Assembly (NCBI GenBank): GCA_965216755.1
Contig: CBDCGL010000011.1
Span: 64,001 to 128,000, forward strand
DNA: 64,000 nucleotides
Source of the DNA: Alphaproteobacteria bacterium
Lineage (GTDB): Bacteria > Pseudomonadota > Alphaproteobacteria > UBA7887
Direction of reading: 5' to 3'
The notes under the pieces were generated by a model, which saw nothing but the letters and a program-made list of their open reading frames with translations, had not been told where the DNA came from and ran no database searches. Every line of letters starts with the position of its first letter. The stretch's first letter is position 1. This document shows positions 48,661 to 59,380 of the stretch, piece after piece. Position numbers and translations under genes: made by a program.

Positions 48661-49919
48661 GACATCAGCGATTCCCGTGATTGCGCGACGGCAACGTTCC
48701 ACGCACGTGCCGCCCCGGGAAACGTGCGACGCACGGCGAACACACCCATAGCGAATAGTGCGCAAAAACCGAGCCATGGAAAAACGGCGTGCGGATCTAC
48801 GCTAAGACCGTAGATCGTCAAGCCGCCGCCACCCAATTGGGAGCTCATGAAATAAAGCATTTCGATCAGTCCAATCGCTCCAAGTAGTGCCATCAGCAAA
48901 GCAACGAGGAAAAGCGCGTAGGGCACGACAAGTGGGATAAGCAAGCGCGCGTTCGCTTTTGCGATTGGCTCATGCATGGTGACAAGTCCGGCCAAACCGC
49001 CTGGAAAGAACATGATCACGGCGACGAACAACAAACCGAGATACAGATACCACGCTTCGGAGAATTCACTGAGCACGCCATTGAGATAGGTAATAAGGAT
49101 GGCCCCGATTATGGGGCCGGCAAACGTTCCCACACCCCCAATGTAGGCCATAAACAAAACCAAACCCGATTGGACCGCACTGACTTGTTCGAAACCGACA
49201 TGCTCAACATTAATGGCATGCAGCGAACCCGCGACCCCGGCAAAAAACGCCGAGAGCGAGAACGCCAACCAACGCACATGTTGACTGTTGTAACCGACAA
49301 ATGCCGTGCGCTCCGGATTGTCTCGGACTGCGTTCGACATCCGACCAAAGGGCGTCTTGGTAAGGCCGTACATGGCGAAAGCGCACAGAAGGCACCAGCC
49401 CGCTATTAAATAATAGACCTCGATATTGGGTCCATAGCTGATCCCCAGAGGTTCGGGGCCAACCACGCGGTCGGTTTGAATGCCGTCTTCACCGTTGAAA
49501 ATGGCCACAAAAATCAGGGTCAATGCGGTTACCATTTCGCCAAACCCCAGCGAGATCATGGCGAATGTCGTACCGGCGCGACGCGTTGAGACATACCCGA
49601 CCAAAATGCCAAAGAGCATCCCGACCACGCCGCCGAGGATTGGAATCAAAGTTACTGGAAAAAATGGGACAAGCTCGTCATAGACAAAGTTCAAATAGTG
49701 AACCGTAAAGTAACCGGCCAAACCAAAATATATCGCATGGCCAAATGACAGCATGCCACCTTGACCCAACAGCATGTTGTATGCCAGCGCAAAAATGATC
49801 AGCACGCCCATCTGGCTCATCAAAGTGAGCGAGAATCCGGATGTAAAGATGAACGGCAGGACAATCATTGCGGTCGCGGCGAGAGCCCATACCAAGCCGC
49901 CTCGAAGACCGTTGATCAT
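48657..49919 (-). CDS. ABC transporter permease (LivM-like)
   Basis: GQGGMLSFGH, TPFGR...AVRDN, GG.GTFAGP. Confidence 0.92.
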   Translation of the reverse strand: MINGLRGGLVWALAATAMIVLPFIFTSGFSLTLMSQMGVLIIFALAYNMLLGQGGMLSFGHAIYFGLAGYFTVHYLNFVYDELVPFFPVTLIPILGGVVGMLFGILVGYVSTRRAGTTFAMISLGFGEMVTALTLIFVAIFNGEDGIQTDRVVGPEPLGISYGPNIEVYYLIAGWCLLCAFAMYGLTKTPFGRMSNAVRDNPERTAFVGYNSQHVRWLAFSLSAFFAGVAGSLHAINVEHVGFEQVSAVQSGLVLFMAYIGGVGTFAGPIIGAILITYLNGVLSEFSEAWYLYLGLLFVAVIMFFPGGLAGLVTMHEPIAKANARLLIPLVVPYALFLVALLMALLGAIGLIEMLYFMSSQLGGGGLTIYGLSVDPHAVFPWLGFCALFAMGVFAVRRTFPGAARAWNVAVAQSRESLMS

Positions 49920-50863
49920 ACGTCGCGAGTCCCGAACATACCGCGGGGGCGGAAGATCAGCATAAGCACCAGCAAAAGATAGGGTAGGACCGGTGATACT
50001 TGAGCCGTGGTCATATAAGTCAAATCTCGGAACAAGCTTTCGGCATCAACTTGTAAACCCAATGCAAGGATAAAATTGTTCAAGCCGAAATCGTAAAAAA
50101 CCGCCAGTGTTTGCATCACGCCGATGATCAGTGAAGCGACCAACGCGCCGCCCAGCGACCCGAGTCCACCGATAACGATAACAACAAATACGATGGGGCC
50201 GAGCTGTAGCGCCATGGCCGGTTCCGTGCCCAACACATTTCCGCCGATCACGCCTGCAATCGCGGCTAGGGCACAGCCGAGTCCAAACGTCATCATGAAG
50301 ATTTTCGGAACGTCATGTCCTAATGTGGCGACGTGTATCGGGTCCGAAACCGCGGCGCGAATGATCAAGCCAATCCGCGTGCGCGTGAGGAGGAGAAGCA
50401 GGGCGACAAATATACCTACCGACACGACGAGCATAAACACCCGATATGCGGAATATCCGAGACCGGACCAAGAAAACAGCGTGTAGTTAAGAGATTTTGG
50501 GATTTCGTAAGGGACCGGTACGCGGCCCCATATCATCTGGACTGCTTCCTCTATGACGAACGCGATGCCGAACGTAAACAACAACTCGGCAACATGTCCA
50601 TACCGGTGAACATGTCGCAATCCGAACCTTTCGATCGCTGCGCCCACGATGCCGACGATTAAAGGGGCGATCAGCAGGGCAAGCCAAAAGTTGAAATGCG
50701 TGCTTATTTCGTAGGCAAAATATGCCCCTAGCATGAAGAAACTCGCATGGGCGAAATTCAAAACGCCCATCATACTGAATATCAGCGTCAAGCCGCTGGC
50801 CAGCATGAACAACAGCATTCCGTATAGAACACCATTGAATATTGCGAATATAAGACCTTCCAT
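49916..50863 (-). CDS. ABC transporter permease (LivH-like)
   Basis: GLTLIFSMMGVLNFAH, GGLGS..G, FRPRGMFG. Confidence 0.92.
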   Translation of the reverse strand: MEGLIFAIFNGVLYGMLLFMLASGLTLIFSMMGVLNFAHASFFMLGAYFAYEISTHFNFWLALLIAPLIVGIVGAAIERFGLRHVHRYGHVAELLFTFGIAFVIEEAVQMIWGRVPVPYEIPKSLNYTLFSWSGLGYSAYRVFMLVVSVGIFVALLLLLTRTRIGLIIRAAVSDPIHVATLGHDVPKIFMMTFGLGCALAAIAGVIGGNVLGTEPAMALQLGPIVFVVIVIGGLGSLGGALVASLIIGVMQTLAVFYDFGLNNFILALGLQVDAESLFRDLTYMTTAQVSPVLPYLLLVLMLIFRPRGMFGTRDV

Positions 50864-50945
50864 GCCGGGCTCCCGTCTGACCGACTCCATCGTCGCCCAA
50901 GGCGCGCGCGGCCGTTCGACCGCAACGCGCAATGGTCGCCAAACG

Positions 50946-52217
50946 TCAGTTCGGCCGTTTCATGTCGCACGTCGTCGGCAGGGTCAGGTCTTCGGCCGAA
51001 ACCCACGCGTCGGTCTGCCACGCAACGCCAAAATCCTCGCCGTTGTAGAGGAATGGCCGCTCGGCCTGGTTGGTCATTGAGCTGATAACCATTGGGAATA
51101 TGATCTGATGGTCGTCGGCGCGCATCTCCACTTCTCCGGCTGGGCCTTTGTAGGTCATGCCTTCAAGGGCGGCGCCGACCAGGGCCGGATCGTCACTGCC
51201 TGCTTTATCCAATGCGGCGGCGAACATGAAGATCAACCACGGAATCCGATCGGAATACATGCTTTTGCCGCTTGAGTCCTTCCAGGCCGCAAGTATGTTG
51301 AGCTGCTCCTGATCTTGCTGGTTATAGATCGGATCGTTTTCGTGCATTTCGGTAATCTGTTTCAATTGAACTGCGAGCCCGTCCGCGCTACCGACGCCTG
51401 CAATTGAGCTCGGGATCCCTCCGTAGATCGTGTAAAAGGGCGTTCGTAGTCCAGAAGATGCCGCAGCTTTGACAAAACGAATCAAATCCGGGCCCCAATT
51501 GCCGGTGAGCACTGTGTCCGCGCCGGATGCCTGTATTTTGGCGACGTAGGGCGTGAAATCGAGCACCTTGCCGAAAGGCACAATCAATTCATCACCAACG
51601 ATTTCGATGTTTGATGCCCGCTCGGCAAGAAATCTTTGAGCTGCTTTCTGGAATGCCTGGCCATAAGCATAGTTCTGATTGAGAAGATAGACTTTTGACA
51701 CATCCTGGTTGCGGCCTATTTGCGTTGCCAAAGCGGCCACTTTCATGTCGACGTTGGCGTCGAACCGGAAGTGCCAAAAAGAGCAAAGATCGTTGGTAAA
51801 ATCCGTCGTTACGGCCGAGTGATTCAAGAATAAGATGGATTGTTCAGGGTTGCGCCGATTGTGCTTTCCCAAGAATTTGATGATATTCAAAGCATGGTTA
51901 GAGCCAACACCTTGGCTGATGAAGCGGAGGCCGTCATCGACCGCTTTGCGCAACTGCTGCGTCGTCTTCTCCGCGTTCATGGCATTGTCGAGCGGCACAA
52001 TCTCAATCGATCGGCCATCAAGAACGCCACCTCTCTGATTGATGACATTGGCGTAGAACTCGTAGATCTCCAATGTGTCCCGCCCGACCGCCGCAATTGG
52101 GCCGGAAAAAGGCTCAATGAGCCCCAACCGAACTGGTTCTTGGCCATGACTCGTGGCGCTGATCACCAGCGTACAGACCGCCACCCAAATGCCGGACCAA
52201 AGCTTTCCATACATCAT
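50946..52217 (-). CDS. ABC transporter substrate-binding protein (LivK-like)
   Basis: Signal peptide, P.SGP.A, DFTPYVAKI..SGAD, TGNWG.D, MRADDHQ. Confidence 0.92.
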   Translation of the reverse strand: MMYGKLWSGIWVAVCTLVISATSHGQEPVRLGLIEPFSGPIAAVGRDTLEIYEFYANVINQRGGVLDGRSIEIVPLDNAMNAEKTTQQLRKAVDDGLRFISQGVGSNHALNIIKFLGKHNRRNPEQSILFLNHSAVTTDFTNDLCSFWHFRFDANVDMKVAALATQIGRNQDVSKVYLLNQNYAYGQAFQKAAQRFLAERASNIEIVGDELIVPFGKVLDFTPYVAKIQASGADTVLTGNWGPDLIRFVKAAASSGLRTPFYTIYGGIPSSIAGVGSADGLAVQLKQITEMHENDPIYNQQDQEQLNILAAWKDSSGKSMYSDRIPWLIFMFAAALDKAGSDDPALVGAALEGMTYKGPAGEVEMRADDHQIIFPMVISSMTNQAERPFLYNGEDFGVAWQTDAWVSAEDLTLPTTCDMKRPN

Positions 52218-52480
52218 TAATTTCCTCCCTAAGCGACCGCCTGTGTCGCTGGTCGCGGAATTTTTCGAACGCTATCACAGGATTCGACGTGGGGCGATCC
52301 CCAGTGCGGTCGGAGAATGGGGATTTTGCACTGCAACGTAAGCCCATTATGTCGCGCGAGAGCCTCGCCGACCTCTCGCTTGTGGCCCCTACCAGCCGAG
52401 TTGCCTAAACTATGCGATGAACTTTGACCAGCGTTGCCGGCTTGCCGCCGTGCGAGCTAGCGCATTTGAGGAAGATCAAG

Positions 52481-55400
52481 ATGGATGGCGACCTTCTGCC
52501 GGAAGTGACCTTAGACGACAAATACAGCCTGACGAGTGGCTGGGTATTTATCTCGGGCACGCAGGCCCTGGTGCGCCTTCCGCTTATGCAAAAGCAACGG
52601 GATCGCGCAAAAGGCCTCAATACAGGTGGGTTTATTTCCGGTTATCGCGGGTCGCCGCTAGGAGGCTACGACGCGGCTCTGTGGCAGGCGTCCAAACATC
52701 TGGCCGCACACGACATCGTTTTTCGGCCCGGATTGAATGAGGATTCGGCCGCAACGGCGGTGTGGGGCACTCAGCAACTGAATTTTCTGCCTGGTGCCAA
52801 ATTCGATGGCGTGTTTTCCATTTGGTATGGAAAAGGACCCGGTGTCGATCGATCCGGCGATCCGCTCAAGCACGCCAACTATCAGGGCACGCACGCGCAG
52901 GGCGGTGTGTTGGTGGTGTGTGGCGACGACCACCCCGGAAAATCGTCAAGTGTCGCACATCAATCCGAGCCGGCGCTTGCGGCGCACGGAATTCCTATTC
53001 TGTATCCGGCAACTGTTCAAGAATATCTGGATCTGGGGATCTATGGATTTGCGCTGTCGCGCTTTGCCGGAACGTTGGTCGGGTTCAAATGCGTCAACGA
53101 GACGCTGACAACCACCGCCACGGTCTTGGTCGACCAGAATCGCGCGCCTGTGGTCGAACCTGACAATGTGCCGGATCCGGTCGGTTCGGTACATGCGCGG
53201 CCTGAATACGACCCACCCGGCCAGGATGCGCGGTTGGTGCGTTATAAATTGCCGCGCGCCCAGGCTTTCGTGCGTGCCAATGGGTTGGATCGACCCGTGT
53301 TCGGCTCCGAATGCCCGACCAAATTGGGGATCGTCACCGCGGGCAAGGCATACCTTGATACTATGGCGGCGCTTCGTTTGCTGGGTATCGATGAGACTGC
53401 GGCAGAGCGCCTGGGCATTGGGGTCTATAAGGTGGCAATGGTATGGCCGCTTGAACCGACCGGCCTTGCCGCGTTTGCTGAGAAGTGCGACGAGCTGTTG
53501 TTCGTAGAGGAAAAGAAGCCGATCTTGGAAGATCAAGGCAAGATCGGGCTATACGGCCGACCAGGCGCGCCGCGAATTGTTGGCAAGCAGGATACGGACG
53601 GCTCAGTACTATTGCCCGCCGACGTAAATATCGATGGCACGTCCGTGGCAGTGGCTTTGGCACGGCGCCTCGAGGCGCTCAACATCTTGGCAGGGGATCA
53701 CGCCGCCCGCGCGGAATCACTGGTTGCAAGTTCGCAGAAATCATTGCCGGCCATCGCCGGCGAGATTGCGCGTACGCCGTATTTTTGCTCCGGTTGCCCG
53801 CACAACACATCGACCAAATTGCCCGACGGCTCGGCCGCTTTTGGCGGTATCGGCTGCCACGGCATGGCGATTCTCATGAACCGCAATACGCTGCCTGTAA
53901 CGCACATGGGCGGTGAGGGTGTCACATGGACAGGGATCGCACCATTTACGAAGACACCGCATGTTTTCCAGAATCTTGGCGACGGCACGTACACGCATTC
54001 CGGGTCTCTTGGCATTCGCGCTGCAGTTCAATCAGGCGCCAACATCACTTTCAAAATCCTGCGCAATGACGCTGTCGCGATGACCGGAGGCCAGCCCCTC
54101 GAAAACGGGTTCACCGCCGGGCGAATGGCGCGCCAGGTTTTGGATGAAGGTGTCCACCGCGTGGCTATTGTGTCAGATGCGCCAGAGACGATCACTGGCA
54201 TCGCCGACGTGCCGAATGGGGTCACGATCCATCATCGCGACGAGTTGGATGCCGTTCAGCGGACAATGCGCGACATTCCCGGTGCAACGGCAATCATTTA
54301 CGAACAAACCTGTGCCGCCGAAAAGCGCCGGCGACGCAAGCGCCAGCGCTACCCTGACCCGCCAAAACGCGTTTTGATCAACTCACTGGTTTGCGAAGGC
54401 TGTGGCGATTGTTCGGATCAAGCCAACTGTGTTTCGATTCATCCGGTTGAAACGACACTTGGCCGCAAGCGCAAGATTGATCAATCGAGTTGCAACAAGG
54501 ACTACTCATGTGTCAAAGGCTTCTGTCCTTCGTTCGTCACAGTGCACGGGGGGCACTTGCGGCCGCCTGACGCCAAACAACTGCCCGATGGGATTTTCGC
54601 CGACCTGCCTGAGCCCTTGGCGGCATCTCTCGATGATGACTGGAGCGCATTGGTCACGGGAGTTGGAGGCAGTGGCGTCGTGACCGTGGGCGCCGTACTA
54701 GGCATGGCCGCGCACCTGATGGGAAATGGCGCTTCGATCTTTGACATGACCGGGCTCAGTCAAAAAAATGGCGCGGTTTACAGCCATTTGCGCATCAGCA
54801 AGAATCCTGGAGCCGTGCTCAATGCTGAAGTCGACGTCGCCGGCGCTGATTTGGTCTTGGGCTGCGATACACTTGCTGCGACGGCGCCGGTCGCGTTGCG
54901 TGCGATGGGTCATGATCACACGCACGTGGTCTTAAATCTAAATGTAACACCGCCGCCGAGCTTTCAGGAACGTCGTGATCTGAACGTTGACGGTCGGTTG
55001 CTGGCCAAAGGTATCAGCGAACATGTCGGCCGGGACCGGACGCACGACCTTGATGCGACAGAAGTTGCTTTGGCACTGACGGGCAACACTATTGCGACCA
55101 ATATCATTATGGTCGGTTACGCTCTACAAAAGGGGCTACTACCCGTCTCTTTGTCGGCATTGGAGCGCGCTATCGAGCTCAACGGTGTCGCCGTGCCGTT
55201 CAATTTGCGCGCCTTGCGGATCGGCCGATTGTTGGTGGCGCGGCCCGAAGCTGTTGTCGCCCTGATGAGTGGTCAAGATACCTCCGAAGGATCAGACGCT
55301 CTGTCGACCATGGTGGAGGAGAGGGTTCGGTTCCTGACCGGATATCAGGACGCGGCTTACGCGAATATCTATCGTGAGGTCGTCGAGGCGGCGCAACGCG

Positions 55401-55966
55401 CAGAAGACAACATCGGCATGACCGATCAAGGCTTCGCCGAGGCTGTCGCGCGCTACGCCTTCAAGGTGATGGCCTACAAAGACGAGTATGAAGTGGCCCG
55501 CTTGTTTACGGATGACTCATTTGCTCGCCAACTGCAGGAGACATTTGCCGGGCCCTATAAGCTGCGATTTTACTTGGCGCCGCCCTTGTTGTCGCGTCCC
55601 GATCCGATAACGGGCAAAGCGGCAAAGCGGGAGTTCGGGCCTTGGATGATGTCCGTCTTCAAAGTGCTCGCGCGGCTCAAAGGATTGCGTGGCACGCCAT
55701 TTGACGTTTTCGGTCGGACGGCGGAGCGCAAAGCGGAGCGCGCCTTGTGCGATCAGTATCTGGAGGACGTACGCGCGCTTTCAGCAACTTTGTCGCCCGA
55801 CAACTATGAGTCCGCCCGGGCCTTGGCTAAGCTGCCGGAAGAGATCCGAGGCTTCGGCCACGTTAAGGCCGCTGCAATTAGTGCCGCCGCGGAAGCACGT
55901 GTCACGCTTGTCAACCAGGCTTCGCGGTCCGCAATTGACCCTGCGCATCATGTCGCCGCCGAATAG
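52481..55966 (+). CDS. Fused indolepyruvate ferredoxin oxidoreductase family protein (Ior alpha-beta)
   Basis: SGYRGSPLG, CSGCPHN, GDGT TPP motif, CEGCGDC ferredoxin, GVGG.GV, IRGFGHVK. Confidence 0.95.
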   Translation: MDGDLLPEVTLDDKYSLTSGWVFISGTQALVRLPLMQKQRDRAKGLNTGGFISGYRGSPLGGYDAALWQASKHLAAHDIVFRPGLNEDSAATAVWGTQQLNFLPGAKFDGVFSIWYGKGPGVDRSGDPLKHANYQGTHAQGGVLVVCGDDHPGKSSSVAHQSEPALAAHGIPILYPATVQEYLDLGIYGFALSRFAGTLVGFKCVNETLTTTATVLVDQNRAPVVEPDNVPDPVGSVHARPEYDPPGQDARLVRYKLPRAQAFVRANGLDRPVFGSECPTKLGIVTAGKAYLDTMAALRLLGIDETAAERLGIGVYKVAMVWPLEPTGLAAFAEKCDELLFVEEKKPILEDQGKIGLYGRPGAPRIVGKQDTDGSVLLPADVNIDGTSVAVALARRLEALNILAGDHAARAESLVASSQKSLPAIAGEIARTPYFCSGCPHNTSTKLPDGSAAFGGIGCHGMAILMNRNTLPVTHMGGEGVTWTGIAPFTKTPHVFQNLGDGTYTHSGSLGIRAAVQSGANITFKILRNDAVAMTGGQPLENGFTAGRMARQVLDEGVHRVAIVSDAPETITGIADVPNGVTIHHRDELDAVQRTMRDIPGATAIIYEQTCAAEKRRRRKRQRYPDPPKRVLINSLVCEGCGDCSDQANCVSIHPVETTLGRKRKIDQSSCNKDYSCVKGFCPSFVTVHGGHLRPPDAKQLPDGIFADLPEPLAASLDDDWSALVTGVGGSGVVTVGAVLGMAAHLMGNGASIFDMTGLSQKNGAVYSHLRISKNPGAVLNAEVDVAGADLVLGCDTLAATAPVALRAMGHDHTHVVLNLNVTPPPSFQERRDLNVDGRLLAKGISEHVGRDRTHDLDATEVALALTGNTIATNIIMVGYALQKGLLPVSLSALERAIELNGVAVPFNLRALRIGRLLVARPEAVVALMSGQDTSEGSDALSTMVEERVRFLTGYQDAAYANIYREVVEAAQRAEDNIGMTDQGFAEAVARYAFKVMAYKDEYEVARLFTDDSFARQLQETFAGPYKLRFYLAPPLLSRPDPITGKAAKREFGPWMMSVFKVLARLKGLRGTPFDVFGRTAERKAERALCDQYLEDVRALSATLSPDNYESARALAKLPEEIRGFGHVKAAAISAAAEARVTLVNQASRSAIDPAHHVAAE

Positions 55967-56015
55967 ACATGTGGTAATCTGATCAACCAAATCCATAGCC
56001 GAAGGTGACGGCACA

Positions 56016-57581
56016 ATGTATTTGACCCAGGGATTAAAGCGTGCTGTGCAGGTGCGCGGCAATGAAATCGCGACTCTGGATGGCACGCGTATTCGCACCT
56101 GGCGCGAGTGTTGCGAGCGTGTCGCCAAGCTGGCCGGCGCGTTGCACGCGCTCGATGTGCGCGATGGTGAGCGTGCCGCCGTTCTTGCTCTGAATAGCGA
56201 CCGCTATTTGGAGTTTCTCTACGCGACCGCGTGGTCTGGCGGCGTGTTCGTGCCAGTCAATACGCGTCTCGCGCCGCCGGAGATCGCTTTTTGGCTAAAT
56301 GACAGCGAAACCAGTGTTTTGTTCGTCGACGAGACATTTGCTGGCGTTGCATCGTCACTTACCCAAGAGGGTAAGATTCCGAGCGTCAAGCATGTCGTCT
56401 ATATGAGCGATGGCTCTATACCCGCTGGCATGCTGGGCTACGAGGACATTCTGGCGACAGCCACGCCCGCCGAGGATGCTGACAAAGGCTATGAGGATTT
56501 GGCCGGCATATTCTATACCGGCGGTACAACCGGTCGATCAAAAGGCGTCATGCTCAGCCATCGCAACTTGGTCTTCAATGCGTTCAATTGCATAGCGACG
56601 ATCAAGTTCGGCCCTGAATCGCGTTGGTTGCATGCAGCACCGATGTTTCACATTGCCGACATTACAGGTGCGTTCGGCATCACGCAGGTCGCGGGTTGTC
56701 ACATATTTATCCCGGGCTTCACGCCTGACGGTGTGCTGGAGGCTATCGAGAAGCATCAGATTACCGAGACCATCTTGGTGCCAACCATGTGCAACATGGT
56801 GGTCAATAGTCCTGATATTGCCAAGTATGACCTATCAACGCTCAGATACATCGTCTATGGAGCGTCACCGATGCCTGAGGCGGTCATTGTCAAGGCGATG
56901 GAAGTATTGCCGAATTGCCAGTTTCTTCACGCCTATGGCCAAACCGAATGTGCCCCCTTGGTGACGATATGTGGGCCACAATATCATGTTGTCGAGGGGC
57001 CTAACGCGTTTAAGTTTAGGTCGGTGGGGCATTCCGTGCCCGGCGTCGAAGTGCGGATCGTCGATGAATGCGACAAGGAAGTGCCGCGTGGCACGATCGG
57101 TGAGATTGCTGTGCGCGGTGCCAATGTCATGCTTGGCTATTGGCGACAATCGGACCTCACCGACGCAGCACTACGCGGCGGTTGGATGCACTCGGGCGAC
57201 GGTGGTTTCATGGATGATGGCGGTTTCATCTATGTGGTCGACCGCATGAAGGATATGATTATTTCCGGTGGCGAGAACGTATACTCCGCCGAAGTAGAGA
57301 ACGCGATCTATCAGCATCCGGATGTTGTTGAGTGCGCTGTTATCGGCGTGCCCGATGACAAATGGGGCGAGCGTGTGCACGCGATCGTGCGTTTGAGAGA
57401 CGGCGCCAAACGTAACCCGACAGCGCTGATTGCGCATAGCCACGAGTTGATAGCGGGGTTCAAATGTCCGCGCAGTATTGAGTTTCGGGATGACCCGATG
57501 CCGTTATCTGGCGCCGGCAAGATTTTGAAGACCGAACTGCGTAAGCCGTATTGGGCGGGGTACGAGAAACAAGTTAGCTGA
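56016..57581 (+). CDS. Long-chain-fatty-acid--CoA ligase family protein
   Basis: YTGGTTGRSKG, YGQTE, SGD, KDMIISGGENVY, GKILK. Confidence 0.93.
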   Translation: MYLTQGLKRAVQVRGNEIATLDGTRIRTWRECCERVAKLAGALHALDVRDGERAAVLALNSDRYLEFLYATAWSGGVFVPVNTRLAPPEIAFWLNDSETSVLFVDETFAGVASSLTQEGKIPSVKHVVYMSDGSIPAGMLGYEDILATATPAEDADKGYEDLAGIFYTGGTTGRSKGVMLSHRNLVFNAFNCIATIKFGPESRWLHAAPMFHIADITGAFGITQVAGCHIFIPGFTPDGVLEAIEKHQITETILVPTMCNMVVNSPDIAKYDLSTLRYIVYGASPMPEAVIVKAMEVLPNCQFLHAYGQTECAPLVTICGPQYHVVEGPNAFKFRSVGHSVPGVEVRIVDECDKEVPRGTIGEIAVRGANVMLGYWRQSDLTDAALRGGWMHSGDGGFMDDGGFIYVVDRMKDMIISGGENVYSAEVENAIYQHPDVVECAVIGVPDDKWGERVHAIVRLRDGAKRNPTALIAHSHELIAGFKCPRSIEFRDDPMPLSGAGKILKTELRKPYWAGYEKQVS

Positions 57582-57590
57582 GGCCTCAGC

Positions 57591-58262
57591 GTGCTGACTC
57601 GTGATGCGATCCGGAACGGCCATGTACGGCGCATGATCATGGAGTCTGGTGTCCGCACCGGACTTCTCGACGATGATCAACTCGAACACTCACGTCAGTG
57701 CGCCCTGGATCGCGTTCCCATTGGTCGCGCGGTCTGGGTTTTCGGCTACGGTTCGCTCATCTGGAATCCGGCGTTTCAATACGAAACTAAGCAGTTGGCA
57801 TCGATACACGGCTACCATCGTCAGTTTTGTTTGTGGACCCATGCAGGGCGCGGTACCGAAACACGTCCGGGATTGATGCTGGCACTCGATCTTGGAGGAT
57901 CTTGCCGTGGCCAGCTGTTTCGAATTGCGCCAAATTCGGTTGAGGAAGAGACACGCGTGTTATGGGCGCGCGAAATGTTGGCGGGCTCATACTGTCCGCG
58001 ATGGGTGCGGGCACGCACCGCTGGTGGCGTTGTTGACGCACTGACATTCATAATCAATCGACGTCATACCCGATACGCGGGTCGGCTTCCAATGGCGATG
58101 GTCGCCCGCACGTTGGCAACGGCGCGCGGTGCCATTGGGACAAACGTGGATTACCTCAATTCGACAATTGCGCATTTGAGGGAACTGGGGATCCGCGATC
58201 GAAGCCTTGAGGCACTATACCGCGAGATCAGCGTTTTACTTAAAAACACCGCGGCCCGATAA
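57591..58262 (+). CDS. chaC: ChaC family gamma-glutamylcyclotransferase
   Basis: WVFGYGSLIW, GRGT...PGL.L.L, W.REM, G..G....Y. Confidence 0.88.
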   Translation: MLTRDAIRNGHVRRMIMESGVRTGLLDDDQLEHSRQCALDRVPIGRAVWVFGYGSLIWNPAFQYETKQLASIHGYHRQFCLWTHAGRGTETRPGLMLALDLGGSCRGQLFRIAPNSVEEETRVLWAREMLAGSYCPRWVRARTAGGVVDALTFIINRRHTRYAGRLPMAMVARTLATARGAIGTNVDYLNSTIAHLRELGIRDRSLEALYREISVLLKNTAAR

Positions 58263-58276
58263 CACCGAATGTCTTT

Positions 58277-59302
58277 CTAAAGCCCGGCCTTGGCCAACAA
58301 ACTCTGGAGTGCCGGATCGATCTTGGGCGCATTTGCTTGAATGAATTTCAACAAATGGCGTTCGTTAGCGTCAATATCGCCGTCGCGAAGGACTTGAACG
58401 GCCAACCATTGGGCTTCGGCATGATCGATGGATTCGCGCGCGAAGGCCTCGTGCATTTGCGCATCTTCGCGGTCTTTTTGAACACGTGCCCGTTCGGTGC
58501 CGAAGATATCAAGATCTTGTGTGGCGCCTTTGAACGGTACGTTCAAGCGGGCGAAGGATTGAACCACGCGACGCAAGAACTCGCCGACGCTGCGGCGATC
58601 TTTGAGCCACGTGGCGCGGCGCTGTTCAGCTTCCGCGGTCGGCACAGCCGGAGCGCCACGTGGAAACATCAAGTAGTTAGCTATGGATTTGGCGAACAAG
58701 TCTTGCCACGAGCTGGCGTTGTCTTGGTCCTTGGTCGCATCATTGAGGTCAAAAAGCATTTCGGCTTCCTGGCGCGTGACCGTAAAACCACCGGCGCCAC
58801 CTGGCGCGTACAAGACTTTTCTCATAATCTCCACATCCGCCGGTGTAATCACGGCGGGCGGGCGATTCTCTCCATAGCATGCTTGAGACGGTGTGAGTAT
58901 GCTGTCTTGCACGGCGCGCAGTGTGAGCAGCGCCAAACTCTCGGGACATAACGCGGCCCACCGCAATATGTTCAGCAGCAGTTCAAGTTCGCTCAGACTA
59001 TCAACGTGTCCGTCATGTTGAATCTGTTGAATGAGGGCCGTCGCAAGCTCTTCCGAGACATATCCGCGCGGTGTTGTTTGCCACACAAAGTAGTCGGTCA
59101 GGGCATCGACGTAGAATTGGGGCCACATGTCGTCCTTGATCGGGCAGGCGTGATCCATGCGGAAAACTGCCTTCATTTCCGCTGCTGAGACGACTCCATC
59201 GGGAAACACCGTTTGCCGGAGGGCACCGACATCGTCGTGGCTAATTTCACCCTTGTCACAAATGCGTTCGACCAGATTGTCCAGAACAGCGAGTTCGGTC
59301 AT
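58277..59302 (-). CDS. Hypothetical helical protein with an internal duplication (possibly TerB-like)
   Basis: Long ORF with two copies of an I...DV..R...E...F...W..F....Y / DG.ID..E unit. Confidence 0.75.
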   Translation of the reverse strand: MTELAVLDNLVERICDKGEISHDDVGALRQTVFPDGVVSAAEMKAVFRMDHACPIKDDMWPQFYVDALTDYFVWQTTPRGYVSEELATALIQQIQHDGHVDSLSELELLLNILRWAALCPESLALLTLRAVQDSILTPSQACYGENRPPAVITPADVEIMRKVLYAPGGAGGFTVTRQEAEMLFDLNDATKDQDNASSWQDLFAKSIANYLMFPRGAPAVPTAEAEQRRATWLKDRRSVGEFLRRVVQSFARLNVPFKGATQDLDIFGTERARVQKDREDAQMHEAFARESIDHAEAQWLAVQVLRDGDIDANERHLLKFIQANAPKIDPALQSLLAKAGL

Positions 59303-59380
59303 GGGAAAACCCGTCTTTCGTGGGATGGTAGGGAACCGCGACAGAGCGTCCTCTTAAAGTCCTAACAATGCACTAATGTT

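Noticed and set aside
59362-59376. TTAG-N7-TTAG on the minus strand, CtrA-like, upstream of the duplicated helical protein
   Set aside because: Both half-sites deviate from TTAA; too weak without supporting data
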